NCBI GenBank assembly: GCA_002245135.1
Contig: NGBS01000628.1
Location: 1-62,255 of the forward strand
Length of the DNA stretch: 62,255 bases
Direction of reading: 5' to 3'
Source of the DNA: Proteromonas lacertae
Taxonomy: Eukaryota
Shown here: positions 24,093 through 36,522 of the stretch, piece by piece
How the letters are laid out: each line of letters starts with the position of its first letter
Position numbering within the stretch: position 1 is the stretch's first letter
The notes under the pieces: model-generated
The model's input: the letters and a program-made list of their open reading frames with translations, nothing else
Told to the model about the DNA's origin: nothing
Databases searched by the model: none
Made by a program: the position numbers and the translations under genes

Positions 24093-26340
24093 TTGAATGG
24101 TAAAGGTAATTTATTAAAAATAGGCCATTACAGATTAGAATTTGATGTGAGTAATAAAACCAAACTGTTGATAGAAAAGTTGGGATTGAATATCTGTGAA
24201 AATACAGTAGTAGGTGATGAAATGATTCGAGGTATTAGTGGAGGTGAAAAGAAAAGAGTTACATTAGGTGAGGCATTAGCTGGTCCAGCCAGAGTATTGT
24301 TATTGGATAAAGTTAGTACTGGTTTAGATAGTGCAGTTACGTATGACATATGTAAATTCCTAAATCAATGGGTAAAGATATTTGAAGGAATCTTAGTATG
24401 TCACTTATTACAGCCAGATCCAGAAGTAATAAAACTGTTTGATAATGTGATTATACTGAGTGAAGGTGAAATAATTTATGGTGGATCATCAAATGAAGAG
24501 TGTATTATGAAGTATTTCAATTCAATTGGTTATAATATTCCAAATAATAAAGATATTGGTTCATTTTTATCAGATATGGGAAAAGAAGAATCAAGATTAT
24601 CATTTCGAAAAGATGAAAGTGTGAATGTTGATACAAAGTCAATGGTTGAGTTATATTATAAGAGTGAAAGTTTTGAAAAGATTGAAAGAGAAGTAAATAA
24701 AGAAACAATTCCATCCAAAGAAATTCACAATAATTATAATGATTTAAGGTTTCATCAAAAACATACAATGTCTTATATTCAACAGTTATGTTATTTGTTT
24801 AATTATCACTGTAGGAATATATACAAGAATCCTGGTGTAATTGTAGGAAGAATAGTTCAACAAATGATAGCTGGTGTATTACTTGGTTGGATCTTCTTTG
24901 GACTTGATAAGAATGACTTTATATCTAAAACAGGAGGGATATTTATGGTATTAGGAACGCTTCTCAATGCTACTTTAGGTGTAATATATCCATCATTTTT
25001 TAGTAAACCACCGTTATATAAACAATTGAAACAAGGATATTATAGTAGTAGTTCTTATATTGTTACTTCAGTAATTAGTCGTTATTTATTTCAATTTCTT
25101 GAAACTATAGTATATGGGACAATAATCTATTCAATGATGGGATTTTCATTTGATAATAATGGTGAATATTATTTCATACATATTTTGATATTATTTCTTG
25201 GTTATATTACTTTTTATTCTTTTTATGAAATATTTGTTTATCTATGTGATACAATGGGTGGATTAAGTGCAATTTTGTCAGTAGCCAATTTTATTATGAA
25301 TGTGTTTAACGGTTTTAGTATAACCAGAAAGAGTATTCCAATTTGGTTAATTGAATTCTATTATTTCAGTCCACTTGCTCATATAATAAAAGCTTTACTT
25401 ATAAATGAATTTACAAGTAATAAGTATACAAAAGAAGAATCTGAGATATATCTTGGAGCATTTGATTTTCCAACAGAGAGAAGTGAAATATGGTATTCAT
25501 TAATAATCATGTTATGTGAACATATCTTCTTTGTAATATGTCAAGTAATAGTAGTTCATTACTTTCAATATGATCCATTCTATCCAAGTAAAACAGTAGA
25601 CAAAGATTCAGTGAAAAAGATAGAAAAATTGAAGAAACATATGAATGAAAAGACAACTAGTTCACTTGATAATCCAATAAGGAATGTAGATTTTACATTT
25701 GAACATGTCAAATACAGTGTAAGAGTAAAAGATCCAATAACAAAAAGAAAAGTAGATAAAGTGTTATTGAATGATGTAAGTGGATTTGTAAGAGCTCACA
25801 GTATGACTGCTTTAATGGGAGCAAGTGGTGCAGGTAAAACAACATTATTGGATGTATTAGCCAATAGAAAAACACAAGGAAAAATAGAAGGTAAATTCTT
25901 ATTGAATGGTAAAGAATATAAACCCAATGATTTGTGTATGTTAAGTGGATATGTAGAACAACAAGATACATTACCTGAAACTGAGACAGTCAAAGATGCA
26001 TTGATGTTTAATGCAAGATTAAGATATCCAGGAAATCCTAAAGATAGTGTGATAGTGAAGTATGTAGATGAAACAATCGAATTATTAGGATTAAGTGAAT
26101 ATAAGAATATGATGATAGGAACAAAAGAGAATGGTTTGCCAATGGGTATAAGAAAATTGGTAATGATTGGAATAGAATTAGCAGCTAATCCCTCAATATT
26201 ATTCTTAGATGAACCAACTACTGGGTTAGATAGTTCATCAGCTTTATTAGTATGTAAGATGTTGAATAAGATAGGTGAATGTGGAAGAAGTATAATTTGT
26301 ACAATCCATCAACCATCTTATGTAATATTTGAATTGTTAA
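24093..26340 (+). pseudogene. ABCG/PDR-type ABC transporter, internal fragment (end of NBD1, TMD1, NBD2)
   Basis: RGISGGEKKRVT, LLLDKVSTGLDS (Walker B E>K), ALMGASGAGKTTLLDVLA, GYVEQQD, LFLDEPTTGLDS, CTIHQPS; lacks the N-terminus and TMD2. Confidence 0.9.
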
Positions 26341-27198
26341 TGTGTGTACTATTGTGCAATATAGCTTATAAAGAAGATTTGGAGAAAAGCATTGTATATA
26401 TTAATTATATATATTTTTATATAGTATGACAGAATGGAAGATATGATAGAACTCACAAGTATGTATATCATCCATTTTGGAGACTCTGATTTATCTAAAT
26501 GCGAAAAAGAAGAAGACAAGAATGGAAGAGGTGATATAGTGTACAGAAGTACTATAGAAGATGTGTTTTCTAATAGAGTTTCTGCAGTATCATTGTTTGA
26601 AAACCTAGCTGAAAATAGTATCTACAAAAAAGAAAGTGCACTACTTCAACTACTCATAAATTCAAAAAGAAGAGAACAATTCAAAGAAAGAAATCAAACA
26701 AAAAAAAATGGAAGATGTGAGCACAGAGGAAGATGATGATGATGAGTACTGTCCGCTTCCATTATTAATCTCTGATCCTAATTGGTTCAAATGATTGATT
26801 GTGTTTGTGTAGGGTGTTGTGTTTATGATATACATAATTAATTAGCATTATATTGATAAGTAATATACGTCTTATAAGAAATTTCAATAATTGAAAAAAT
26901 AGATGCGTTTCGAGATTTGACTTGAACTCCATTTTTTTTTTGTTTTGTTTTTTTATTACATAGGATGGTCACTATATGGTGTCATATCACACCATGTGTT
27001 GACCATCCTATTGAGATTGTTTTTATTGAATTATTTTTTGAAATTATATGTCATTCACTTTCTATAATTTGAACTAACAACATAAATAGATTCATCATAA
27101 GATGAGGATTCAAATGGAATAATTATTTTTGTTTAAATTCAAACAGAAAAGCGAAAAAATAATGTAAGCTTGAATTATGGTTTGATAATGAAACGGAC

Positions 27199-27310
27199 AA
27201 AAAACACATAGGGGGAAATGGAACACTGTTCTATTTCCCCCTATGTGTTTTTGGTTCAAAAAAAGATCCGTTTTCAATGTGTTCTATTTCCCTCTAATAC
27301 TCATTATTAT
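27199..27310. repeat. Dispersed hairpin repeat (GGGGAAAT...ATTTCCCC), related to 5110-5218
   Basis: AAAAACACATAGGGGGAAATGGAAC-ACT-GTTCTATTTCCCCCTATGTGTTTTT; both loci end in CTAATA(C/T)TCATTATTAT. Confidence 0.65.
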
Positions 27311-27612
27311 TTGGCCTATATCTCATCAAAGAGAGTTTATTGAGAAAGGGTATGGCAGTTATGTAAAAGAGCTAGATACAAATATAAGTTCATTTTTGAC
27401 AATATTAAATAAAATATATAATATAAAGTATAATGCATATGAATTATCACAGAATGTATTAAATAATTTAAATTGCCTTAATTCACTATATCAAGTAGTT
27501 AATCATATATTTAGTTGATATATAGAAATTATTCAATGAATCTAATGAAAAATAAATCTAATGAATATATGCCTTAGTTCTATATAACTTTAATGGTATT
27601 GGAAGGAAGATA

Positions 27613-28479
27613 ATGAACTTCAACATTGTAATTGTAGAATTAGTTAGTATATTTATATGCATATTAATGTTTATTTTTAATAAATCTAAACCAAATGAAC
27701 ATATAAATATAGCTAATAAAGTGCTATCCATTTTTCCTCCTACAATTATAAATGAACAATCCTTCTATTTTGTCAAAACTAATTATAGAAACATGTCATT
27801 TCATCAGTGTATAAGGAGTGATGATTATGTATCAAATTATATTAGCAAACATGGAAGGTGGGAAGAATGTCAAATAATTTTCGACATATGGAATTCAAGC
27901 AGCAAAAATGGTATATTTTTAGATATAGGGGCAAATATTGGTTCTTGTTCATTTCCTTTTGCTGAAGCAGGAGTAAAAGTCATTGCTTTTGAACCTTTAC
28001 CTAATAATTTGTTTCTATTTACTATTACAACTAATAGTAATTCAAAATTAAAAAAATTTATCACCATATATCCTTATGCATTAGGAAATGTAGATAAGAA
28101 ACAAATAATATACATAAAGAAAAACAACTGGGGAGCATCATCCTTATATAGGAATTATAAAGATTATAATTATACTATACATGTGAAGAAACTAGATGAC
28201 TTTATTGCTTTAATACCTAATAGAATATCTATTATTAAAATAGATGTGGAGGGAGGAGAATATGATTTATTAAAAGGAAGTATAAATTTCTTTAAGAACC
28301 ATAAAGCTGAATATTTGTATATTGAATCATCATGTGGAAATAAAAATAAAAATAATATGTATGGCATTGAAAAGTTATACTCTTTGCTTAATAAGTTAGG
28401 ATATGATATTGTAAAAAAAATAGAATGTGAAAAAATACGATTGGATAATGTAATTGCAAAAGCTAAATTTAAAACTTGA
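27613..28479 (+). CDS. FkbM-family SAM methyltransferase, membrane anchored
   Basis: FLDIGANIGS, VIAFEPLP, IYPYALG, IIKIDVEGGE; N-terminal TM. Confidence 0.9.
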   Translation: MNFNIVIVELVSIFICILMFIFNKSKPNEHINIANKVLSIFPPTIINEQSFYFVKTNYRNMSFHQCIRSDDYVSNYISKHGRWEECQIIFDIWNSSSKNGIFLDIGANIGSCSFPFAEAGVKVIAFEPLPNNLFLFTITTNSNSKLKKFITIYPYALGNVDKKQIIYIKKNNWGASSLYRNYKDYNYTIHVKKLDDFIALIPNRISIIKIDVEGGEYDLLKGSINFFKNHKAEYLYIESSCGNKNKNNMYGIEKLYSLLNKLGYDIVKKIECEKIRLDNVIAKAKFKT

Positions 28480-28516
28480 CTTATACTATTTTATTTCTTA
28501 CAACACTATAGGAATT

Positions 28517-29263
28517 TCAACTTTCTCTTCCATAATAATACATATCTGATCTAAAAGAGAATTTAGATTCAAAGAATTTATAAACAGATTTTAAATAATT
28601 ATTCAAATAATCTAATGATGCATCGATTGAATTTGCTTTACACATACCACCTTTATATCTTGTGTGTCTAACATAGCCATATGTCGAATTAATTATTCTC
28701 ACTTTTATAGGCATTAATACTTCTTTGTATATATGAACATCAAGAATAGAGTATTTATATAAATTACCTACAACATATTTTTCATATCCTTTTTTTACAG
28801 TGCAACAATTTTTGTTGCTAATTATTGATTCATGTGTTTTTGAATAATAAGAGAATAACTTTGATTTTAGCAAATACATATCACTACTATGATTATCAAC
28901 ACTTTTAAATAATGACAAATAGTTATTTGTTTTTAGCGGTACTATAATCTCATCAATATCATGATATATAATATATTTTGTGTTATACATATATCTATAT
29001 AGAATATCATTGATTTTAGGTACTTGACCAGTTGAATGAACAAATTGAATTTCTTTATTAAAACAAAATGGTATTAATTCTATATATTTGCTTTTCAGAT
29101 AATAGAATAAGATTGATTTAATATAATTAGTAGATGATGTTACATGTATAATTATATGTTCAACTCCATAAATTTTTGCAATTTCAATAACATCAATTAC
29201 TTGCTTATAGTTGATGATTTCATGAAAATTTACTATTGATAAAATAATATTGTACACTTTCAT
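28517..29263 (-). CDS. Glycosyltransferase family 92 (DUF23)-like; N-terminus probably extends to ~29600 with frameshifts
   Basis: YGVEHIIIH, GQVPKINDILYR, YIIYHDIDEIIVP, DVH. Confidence 0.7.
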   Translation of the reverse strand: MKVYNIILSIVNFHEIINYKQVIDVIEIAKIYGVEHIIIHVTSSTNYIKSILFYYLKSKYIELIPFCFNKEIQFVHSTGQVPKINDILYRYMYNTKYIIYHDIDEIIVPLKTNNYLSLFKSVDNHSSDMYLLKSKLFSYYSKTHESIISNKNCCTVKKGYEKYVVGNLYKYSILDVHIYKEVLMPIKVRIINSTYGYVRHTRYKGGMCKANSIDASLDYLNNYLKSVYKFFESKFSFRSDMYYYGRES

Positions 29264-31977
29264 TGGTTTATAAATTAGTAATGGAATAATTTTGTTATTA
29301 ATTACAATTGCTTTAGGTGTTAAGTGTTAAGTTTTTTTGTTTATGTATATTATATAATTTTTTCACATTCATTATACAATTAAATCTATATTCTTCATAT
29401 ATTATGTTACATATATTTATATGATTCTTATATGGGTATGATACTCCTATTAAAATTATTTCTTTATTTTCTAACATATTTGAGGAATAAATATATAACT
29501 GGTTATTAATATTAGAATTGTGTATATAGTTGCATGTATAACTCTTTTCTAAATATATATATGTATTATTAATAAGATTTGATAATGAAAATATATATGT
29601 AATATGTTTCTGTATTCATTGTTAATTTCTGTTGCCTTTTATTTAAATACTTTAATTAATACAAAATTAGGACATAATAAGCAATTACTGATAAAATATG
29701 AAGTTTATAATTTTACTACATATAAATATTCATTCTCATACAAAAATATATCAATAGAAGCATACTATGTAAGAAATATATCTTTTAATATTTTTTACTA
29801 TATTAATGGGTATAATAATATTATGTTGTAGTGTAAAGCAAATTCCATTTATTTTTTATACAATTGTATTGAATGGTTGGCCATTTATTACATATCATTA
29901 TGATGTATTCAAATCTCTAAATAGATTTTTTCAATGGAATATTATTGAAGGATATGCAGTTGGAAGAGATAATCATAAATCTAAATACTACAATTCAACT
30001 CCATCAGAAATAAAAAATGTATATGATTATATTATGTCTAGGGCATTTCTAATGATAACACTTCAGAATATATTAATTATTTATTATATAATCATCCTGA
30101 GGGTGTAATATTACATAGATCACAGTATGGTAGATTTTGGAAAGATAAAATTGAAATGATTTCTGTGGTTCATAGAATCAAATATGCATGCATAATGATG
30201 GCTGTATATTCATATTATCGGTGAATTGAAGTAAGTGTATGAGGGCGTAGAACTGGATGATTGATTCTCTTGCTTTACCTTAAAGCTATCGGTAATTACT
30301 TGAATATCATTTTTGGGAATAGATGTTGGGGTTGGTAATGAAGCAGGAACTGATGTAGCTGTCACTGATGGATCAGATACAGAAGCTAGTTTAAGATCGT
30401 CAAGGATCTTATGAATGTAAGCGTCCTGACTCTGCCATACTACTGGGAAGATGATTTTACCGTCAATGTTCTATCAGTTCCAATCCTTAAGAAGTCTATT
30501 CAACTAGAAGTTGAACCTCAACCTTACTTCCTTCTGTAGAGATCTCCGATCCTTCCACGTCCACTTAAAGAAGTAATTAATTAATCTTTGTTTATTGTTT
30601 GTTGTCTTGGGAGATTGCTTAAATAACACTAAGAGTCCCATTAAGTGATCTCCTCAATGCAACAAGGCAATGAACAATTGCAAAGACACTTCAAAGGAAC
30701 GTCAAGGACAACAACGAGATAGAATAGAACAAGAGATTATCAGGTTTAAGTAATGCTAGTTAGTCCTCACAGGAGGATTCAACATTAGTAGATTAAGTAA
30801 GGTCAAGATCATCCATCTTAGGACTAATGATACAAGTAAGTACTTAACCTTCAAGGTTGGCTGGAGGAAGTCCATGTACTGCTTTATCTTCAAGGTAAGT
30901 AATCACGAACACTAGCTTTATCGGTGTATTGTCAGCTTTGAAGTCTCTTACCAGGTCCATGATCTCAGCATTGAAAGGAACATCATCATCATCATCAGCA
31001 ATCATCTCAGCCTTCAACTTCTTATACAAATATTTTTATAGGAATTTTAACAAAACCAGAATGCTTATATGAAAGGATGATATTGAGAAGAATATTATGA
31101 ATCGAAAAGGGAGAGTTACTTATATTTACATTTTATACCACATAAAAATAAAGATTGCATAAATCATAGAATTTCAGTAAATTTGTTACTATTTGAAGGA
31201 TTATCTATAATCCATTTTCCTCCTATAATTATAAATGAACAATCTTCCTATTAATTCTGGTATAATATAATGTTCTTCACCTTCTACATATATTTTCATT
31301 ACTTTAAAATCATTATGTGGTATATTTTCTAATATAAAATTTTATACATTCACTACTGGTAAAGTATAGTATATTCTGTTTCTGTTAAACCTGTTATATG
31401 ACATATAAAATTTTGACGAAGCAACATCATCTTTATCAATTGTCATAGTTTCAATTCTGGTGTAAGTACTAACAATTAAAGGACAATATACATAGAAATG
31501 TATGTAGTAAAATTCTATGAGAAGCCAAATGATTTTTTAGGATATTTATTAATTATTTATATATAAATAATAATATAATGCACGTAATTAAAGTGATCCA
31601 ATTGTCTATCTTATTAATATATAAAACAATATATTTATAATATTGTGAATTGAATATCCCATCACAAGTTATGATTTATGAATAGAAATTATGAAAACAA
31701 TATCATATAGTTTAGGTCATTTTAAAAACTGTAGTGATATTAGTTTTTGATGAAAATCATTAATCTACAATAAAGATTAATGTTTCATTGATCATTTAAA
31801 GGTTTTTACATGCGTTGGTAACCTCGTAAGAGCTTTTTTATATTATCAATGAAAATGAATAATAATTTATTGACATTTATTAATCATATAAATAATAATT
31901 CTAATAGTATTAGTTATTGATTTAAATATTAATTAAACCATATCAATTGAAATCAAATACTTGGTTTTAATTTAATT

Positions 31978-32832
31978 TTAGCACTTTTTTCCATGATTAT
32001 TATAAAATAAGCTTTCATTTTCAATTAACTCTTTCACTTTTTCATTATAATTTGGATCATAAAAACATTCATTTCTTATCTTCTTATTTGGAAAACTACA
32101 TTTTCTGTATCCATTTTTAAATAACAAATATTCCACATAATCATCTTTAGTCTTATTCTTACTATTAAATTCAACTACCCAATAATGAACTCTTATATTA
32201 AAATCAAACGTATCTAAAACCATATATTCAGCTCCTTCAACATCTAATGAAAAGAAATCAATATGAGTGATGCCTGTTGAATAGAAAATATCTTTTATAT
32301 ATGTGCATGTCACGTTTACTAATGGTTTTAAAGTGTTTTCATCTTTATTCCAAAATGGATTGTTTTCTTTTAATCCTCCCATAGCCCATACATCAAAAAA
32401 TTCCACAGTATTAGGAAAATACGGACAGACTGCAGTACAGAATATTTCTGATCTATTACTTCCTCTCTGCAATAGTTTTTTGCAATTTGATGGTAATCCT
32501 TCAATAAGTATACCTCTCCATCCTAGCTCCTTTTCAAAAAATAGTGTATTGCTAAATTTTCCATCCAAAGCTCCTATCTCAACAAATATTCCATTTGTGA
32601 CTATTACAGGCTTTGAAAAGTATAAATCAAAATATATTTCATCTTCTTTATATTGTGAATAAAAAGTTGTATTAATTTTATTATTTATTTGAATAGGGCA
32701 TTTCCAAAGATTATGATACAATATGCCATAATTTGTTAAATGTGACTGGATTTTATTAATAATTATATAGTGATGAATTGTATAAATAATGAAAAATAGA
32801 ATAACAAAATGAAAATATTTGAATAGTTGCAT
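31978..32832 (-). CDS. FkbM-family (Methyltransf_21) methyltransferase
   Basis: YSQYKED, FVEIGALDG..SNT.FFEKELGWRGILIEG, HIDFFSLDVEGAE; N-terminal TM. Confidence 0.9.
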   Translation of the reverse strand: MQLFKYFHFVILFFIIYTIHHYIIINKIQSHLTNYGILYHNLWKCPIQINNKINTTFYSQYKEDEIYFDLYFSKPVIVTNGIFVEIGALDGKFSNTLFFEKELGWRGILIEGLPSNCKKLLQRGSNRSEIFCTAVCPYFPNTVEFFDVWAMGGLKENNPFWNKDENTLKPLVNVTCTYIKDIFYSTGITHIDFFSLDVEGAEYMVLDTFDFNIRVHYWVVEFNSKNKTKDDYVEYLLFKNGYRKCSFPNKKIRNECFYDPNYNEKVKELIENESLFYNNHGKKC

Positions 32833-32866
32833 AAGATGATTTATATATTTGACATTTCTATTTGAA

Positions 32867-33660
32867 TTAATTGCATTTTACACCATAATTTGTTCTATAT
32901 TTTCTCTCAGTATCAACCAATTTTTTTACTTCATTATAATAATTATGATATTCATAACATTCATTATTATGATCTAATTGAATGTTACATCTAAAGTAAC
33001 CATTATCTTTTAGTAATTTTCTAACTTTCATGTTCTTTTGACGATTATAGTAAAATCAAAAGTTTCTATTACAGCAAGTTCACTTCCTTCAACATCAAGT
33101 GAAAATAAGTCTATATGTGTTATATGATATAGATGTAGAATATTTCCAATGTTTGAACACTTTGTAAGAATTCCAGCTTTTTTCTCCATACCAAACCATT
33201 TTTCTGGCAGTTCTCCTGTAATTCCTCCTACACCATCGCCTTGCTTGAATTCTACATAGTCAATATTTGGACAAATAGCTGTGCAGACTATCTCAGATCT
33301 TCTTCTCAAATATTGATTTTTATGTAATTCTAAGCAGCTTTTTAGACTTCCTTCTATCAAAATGCCAGACCAACCTAAATATTTTTCGAAATAGTATGTG
33401 TTACTAATTTTATATCCATCTAAAGCTCCAAGTTCTACAAATATTCCATTGAGTTTATTCTTAAAGAACTGATTATTATATACAAAGTCTTCTTTAAATT
33501 GACTCTTATATGAACTATTGTAATAACTATCTCTGGATTTGTATAAACAACTCCATATGTGAGGATGAATTATTGATTCATACCCACTTTTATGACTGTT
33601 ATTAAATGAAATAAAAATAAAATTTAAGAAAAGTATAATTAATATTATTTTTTCTATCAT
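32867..33660 (-). pseudogene. Tandem FkbM paralog with internal deletion/frameshift near 33045
   Basis: FVELGALDG, HIDLFSLDVEGSE; a C-terminus homologous to the neighbour (LLKDNGY..C...NECY...YGVKCN*) continues in other frames to 32867. Confidence 0.8.
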
Positions 33661-34056
33661 ATATATTTGTTCTGATCAAAAATTCTTTAGTTTATTATCT
33701 TGTGAAGACTGTTAATCAAGTTAATGACAATAACATTCTATCTACAAAAACTTTCAAAGATGTGTTTATATAGAAAAGATTAATCCTCTCAAAAAGATTA
33801 ATCCCCTTATAAATATTGTTAAGAAGTTATTATTAAAAGTTTCTCAAAACTTGTTCTTGGAATTTTAATGATCTTTCATGATTAACAATATATTTTCATT
33901 CATATGAATGTTTCTATTATAATAATTAATATATTGATTATTTTGTTATTTATACTTTTAAAATATTATTATTATTATAAAATATAAATTACAATTAACA
34001 ATATTAACAAAAGAATTAATACAGAAATTTATTTATACTATAGCTGTAAAACGAAC

Positions 34057-34932
34057 ATGAATAATTTCATTTTGTGTGGAAGAAGAAAGATAAAGTATAA
34101 TACTCATAAAGCAATTATGCATTCCCACACATCATATTTTCCTAATTCTATAACAATATTATGCAAATGTTATAACAATGTTGCTTGTTCTAATACATAT
34201 ATGTTAATAGGAATTCTAAGTAGACCAGAGTGCTTTTATGAAAGAACTATAACAAGAAAAATATTACAAAATTATAACAAACTAAAGTATTTATTTATAA
34301 CTAGTATTTCTACTATTTACGAAATAAATAATCTGATTTTAACAGAAATAAAAGCATTTCATGATATACTATTATATGAAATAATAAACTCATATTATAA
34401 TTGTTCAATTTTAATGTCATGCTTTTATATATACTTATACAAGCATTGTTATGATTTAAAATGGATAATGAAATTAGATATAGATACTTATTTCAATATA
34501 AAATTGTTAAATTATATAATCAGATTAGTGAATGAAAATATTTCAGTAATAGGGTCAATTAATAAAAGACCAAGAAAAAAATGTAATGTTAATTACAAAT
34601 GGTCTATAACATGTAAAAATAAAAGCATTGAATATAAATATTTTCCTCCTTATCCATTTGGACCTGCTTTTGTATTTAAGCATTCTGCTATTAATTGTAT
34701 TGCTTCGTATTTCAATACTAATAATAGTATTATTTGGATTGAAGATATTTTTTTTAGTATACTAATGAAATATTGTAATTTAAACTATTTAGATATTACC
34801 AACTACACTAAAATAACATATTCGCCTAAATACAATTTATCCATTATAAATGATAATATATTTGTTCATGGATTTTATCCTATTGAAATATTAATTGCAA
34901 ACAAATTATATGATTCAAATTTTTATCTTTAA
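34057..34932 (+). CDS. Glycosyltransferase family 31 (beta-1,3-galactosyltransferase-like)
   Basis: EIKAFHDIL...NSYYN, WIMKLDIDTYFN (DxD), FPPYPFGPAFVF, IEDIFF. A TM-containing N-terminus probably lies upstream at ~33905. Confidence 0.8.
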   Translation: MNNFILCGRRKIKYNTHKAIMHSHTSYFPNSITILCKCYNNVACSNTYMLIGILSRPECFYERTITRKILQNYNKLKYLFITSISTIYEINNLILTEIKAFHDILLYEIINSYYNCSILMSCFYIYLYKHCYDLKWIMKLDIDTYFNIKLLNYIIRLVNENISVIGSINKRPRKKCNVNYKWSITCKNKSIEYKYFPPYPFGPAFVFKHSAINCIASYFNTNNSIIWIEDIFFSILMKYCNLNYLDITNYTKITYSPKYNLSIINDNIFVHGFYPIEILIANKLYDSNFYL

Positions 34933-35706
34933 ACAGAAATAGTTTTGAAATTTTTATAGTATTTATTAATTATAAATATGTGGTTTACATAAATAATCTT
35001 AATATATCCATAAACTATATCATTTTTGCATATTTCCAAATATTCTTCCCCTTTATACCATATTTTGGGGAAATAAGATATAAAACTAACATAAACGACA
35101 TCTTCAACAAATACATAAAATGTTGAATCTGTATAGAATTTCATTAGATTTATAACATCTTCGATGATTTGATTATAATTTCTCTTTGATGATATTAATA
35201 AATATACTATTTTAGTATATTTCTTAATATGTGACATAACTAATTTTCTATTATTAGAAAAAATTGTTGCATTGAAATTTACCGATTGTGGATATTTTAC
35301 TACTTTAACATTCCTACCAAATGGATCATTTTTAGGTAAATCAATATATGTTTTACCTTTCATCCATCCTAAATAATTAGATACTTCAAAAGGTAGTTTT
35401 CCCTATAGTATGAATAATCATTTCTATACATTATAGTTGTTGATTAATGACCAATTCTTATAATTAAATGTTTGATGCCCATAAAAATTATCTTTAAATT
35501 TTACAGTCCTCTCATCTGTATATGAATAATGAGTAAATACTAAACCATTATCTTTAGTATTAAACAAATATTACACGGTAAGTAATTAAAATAGATTCTA
35601 ATAATATAATATTTGTTTAATAACTTACCGACAGCCTAGGCTATATTTTAGGTTTAAATGTAAAACCTATAATCTATAATCTTATAATTTTCTTATCATA
35701 TCACCA

Positions 35707-36522
35707 ATGGATATTACAGCAATTCTCTTTATCATTTTCTTTTCAAGTTTCATTATTAAAGAATATTTTTCTCAGAAATGTAGTTACTATTATGATAAAG
35801 ATGATAACGATAATTTATTTTATTCAAATCAATATTTAAACATAGTACAAGAAGCATACAGTAAATCTCCAAACATTAGAAAAATATTGGAGTGTATAGT
35901 TAATATTCACAAGCTCAATAAATTACCATTGTTTATTTTGCTTGACAGTATAAGGATCTATGCAAAATCTATTAGAATGACAAATATTACATCTACATTA
36001 AGTAATGTTGATGGAGATATTGGAATGTATTATTATCAAATGAAAAAGTATAATCATTTAATCAAAGAATTTGACAAAAAAAGTAAAATACAAAATATCT
36101 GCGAAATTGGCTTTCAATTAGGTGTTGGAGCTATTACGTTAATCACTTCTATTAATCATGAAATTAATTATTATGGATTTGATATTGGCAATCAGTATTC
36201 TAAAGATGCATATGATGTTGTAAGTCAAGTTTTTAAAATGAATATGATATGGGGTAAAAGTGAATATACAGTAATTCAATTTAACAAACTTAAAAGCAAT
36301 TTTAGTAAATGCAATGTAATACATATTGATGGATGTCATACGCAAAGTGCAATATATAATGATATTCTTAACATAAAGTTAATATCACATCCTAATTCTC
36401 TTTTATTGTTGGATGATGTATATATAAATAGCGAAGCTATAGTAAACGCTAGTAAAAATAATCTCATTAATAATGTAAATTGTTATAAATGGAAGCCATA
36501 CTGCGCAGCTTACTTATATTAG
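35707..36522 (+). CDS. Class I SAM methyltransferase (Methyltransf_24-like), membrane anchored
   Basis: ICEIGFQLGVGA, YGFDIG, WGKS, IHIDGCHT, LLLDD. Confidence 0.8.
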   Translation: MDITAILFIIFFSSFIIKEYFSQKCSYYYDKDDNDNLFYSNQYLNIVQEAYSKSPNIRKILECIVNIHKLNKLPLFILLDSIRIYAKSIRMTNITSTLSNVDGDIGMYYYQMKKYNHLIKEFDKKSKIQNICEIGFQLGVGAITLITSINHEINYYGFDIGNQYSKDAYDVVSQVFKMNMIWGKSEYTVIQFNKLKSNFSKCNVIHIDGCHTQSAIYNDILNIKLISHPNSLLLLDDVYINSEAIVNASKNNLINNVNCYKWKPYCAAYLY

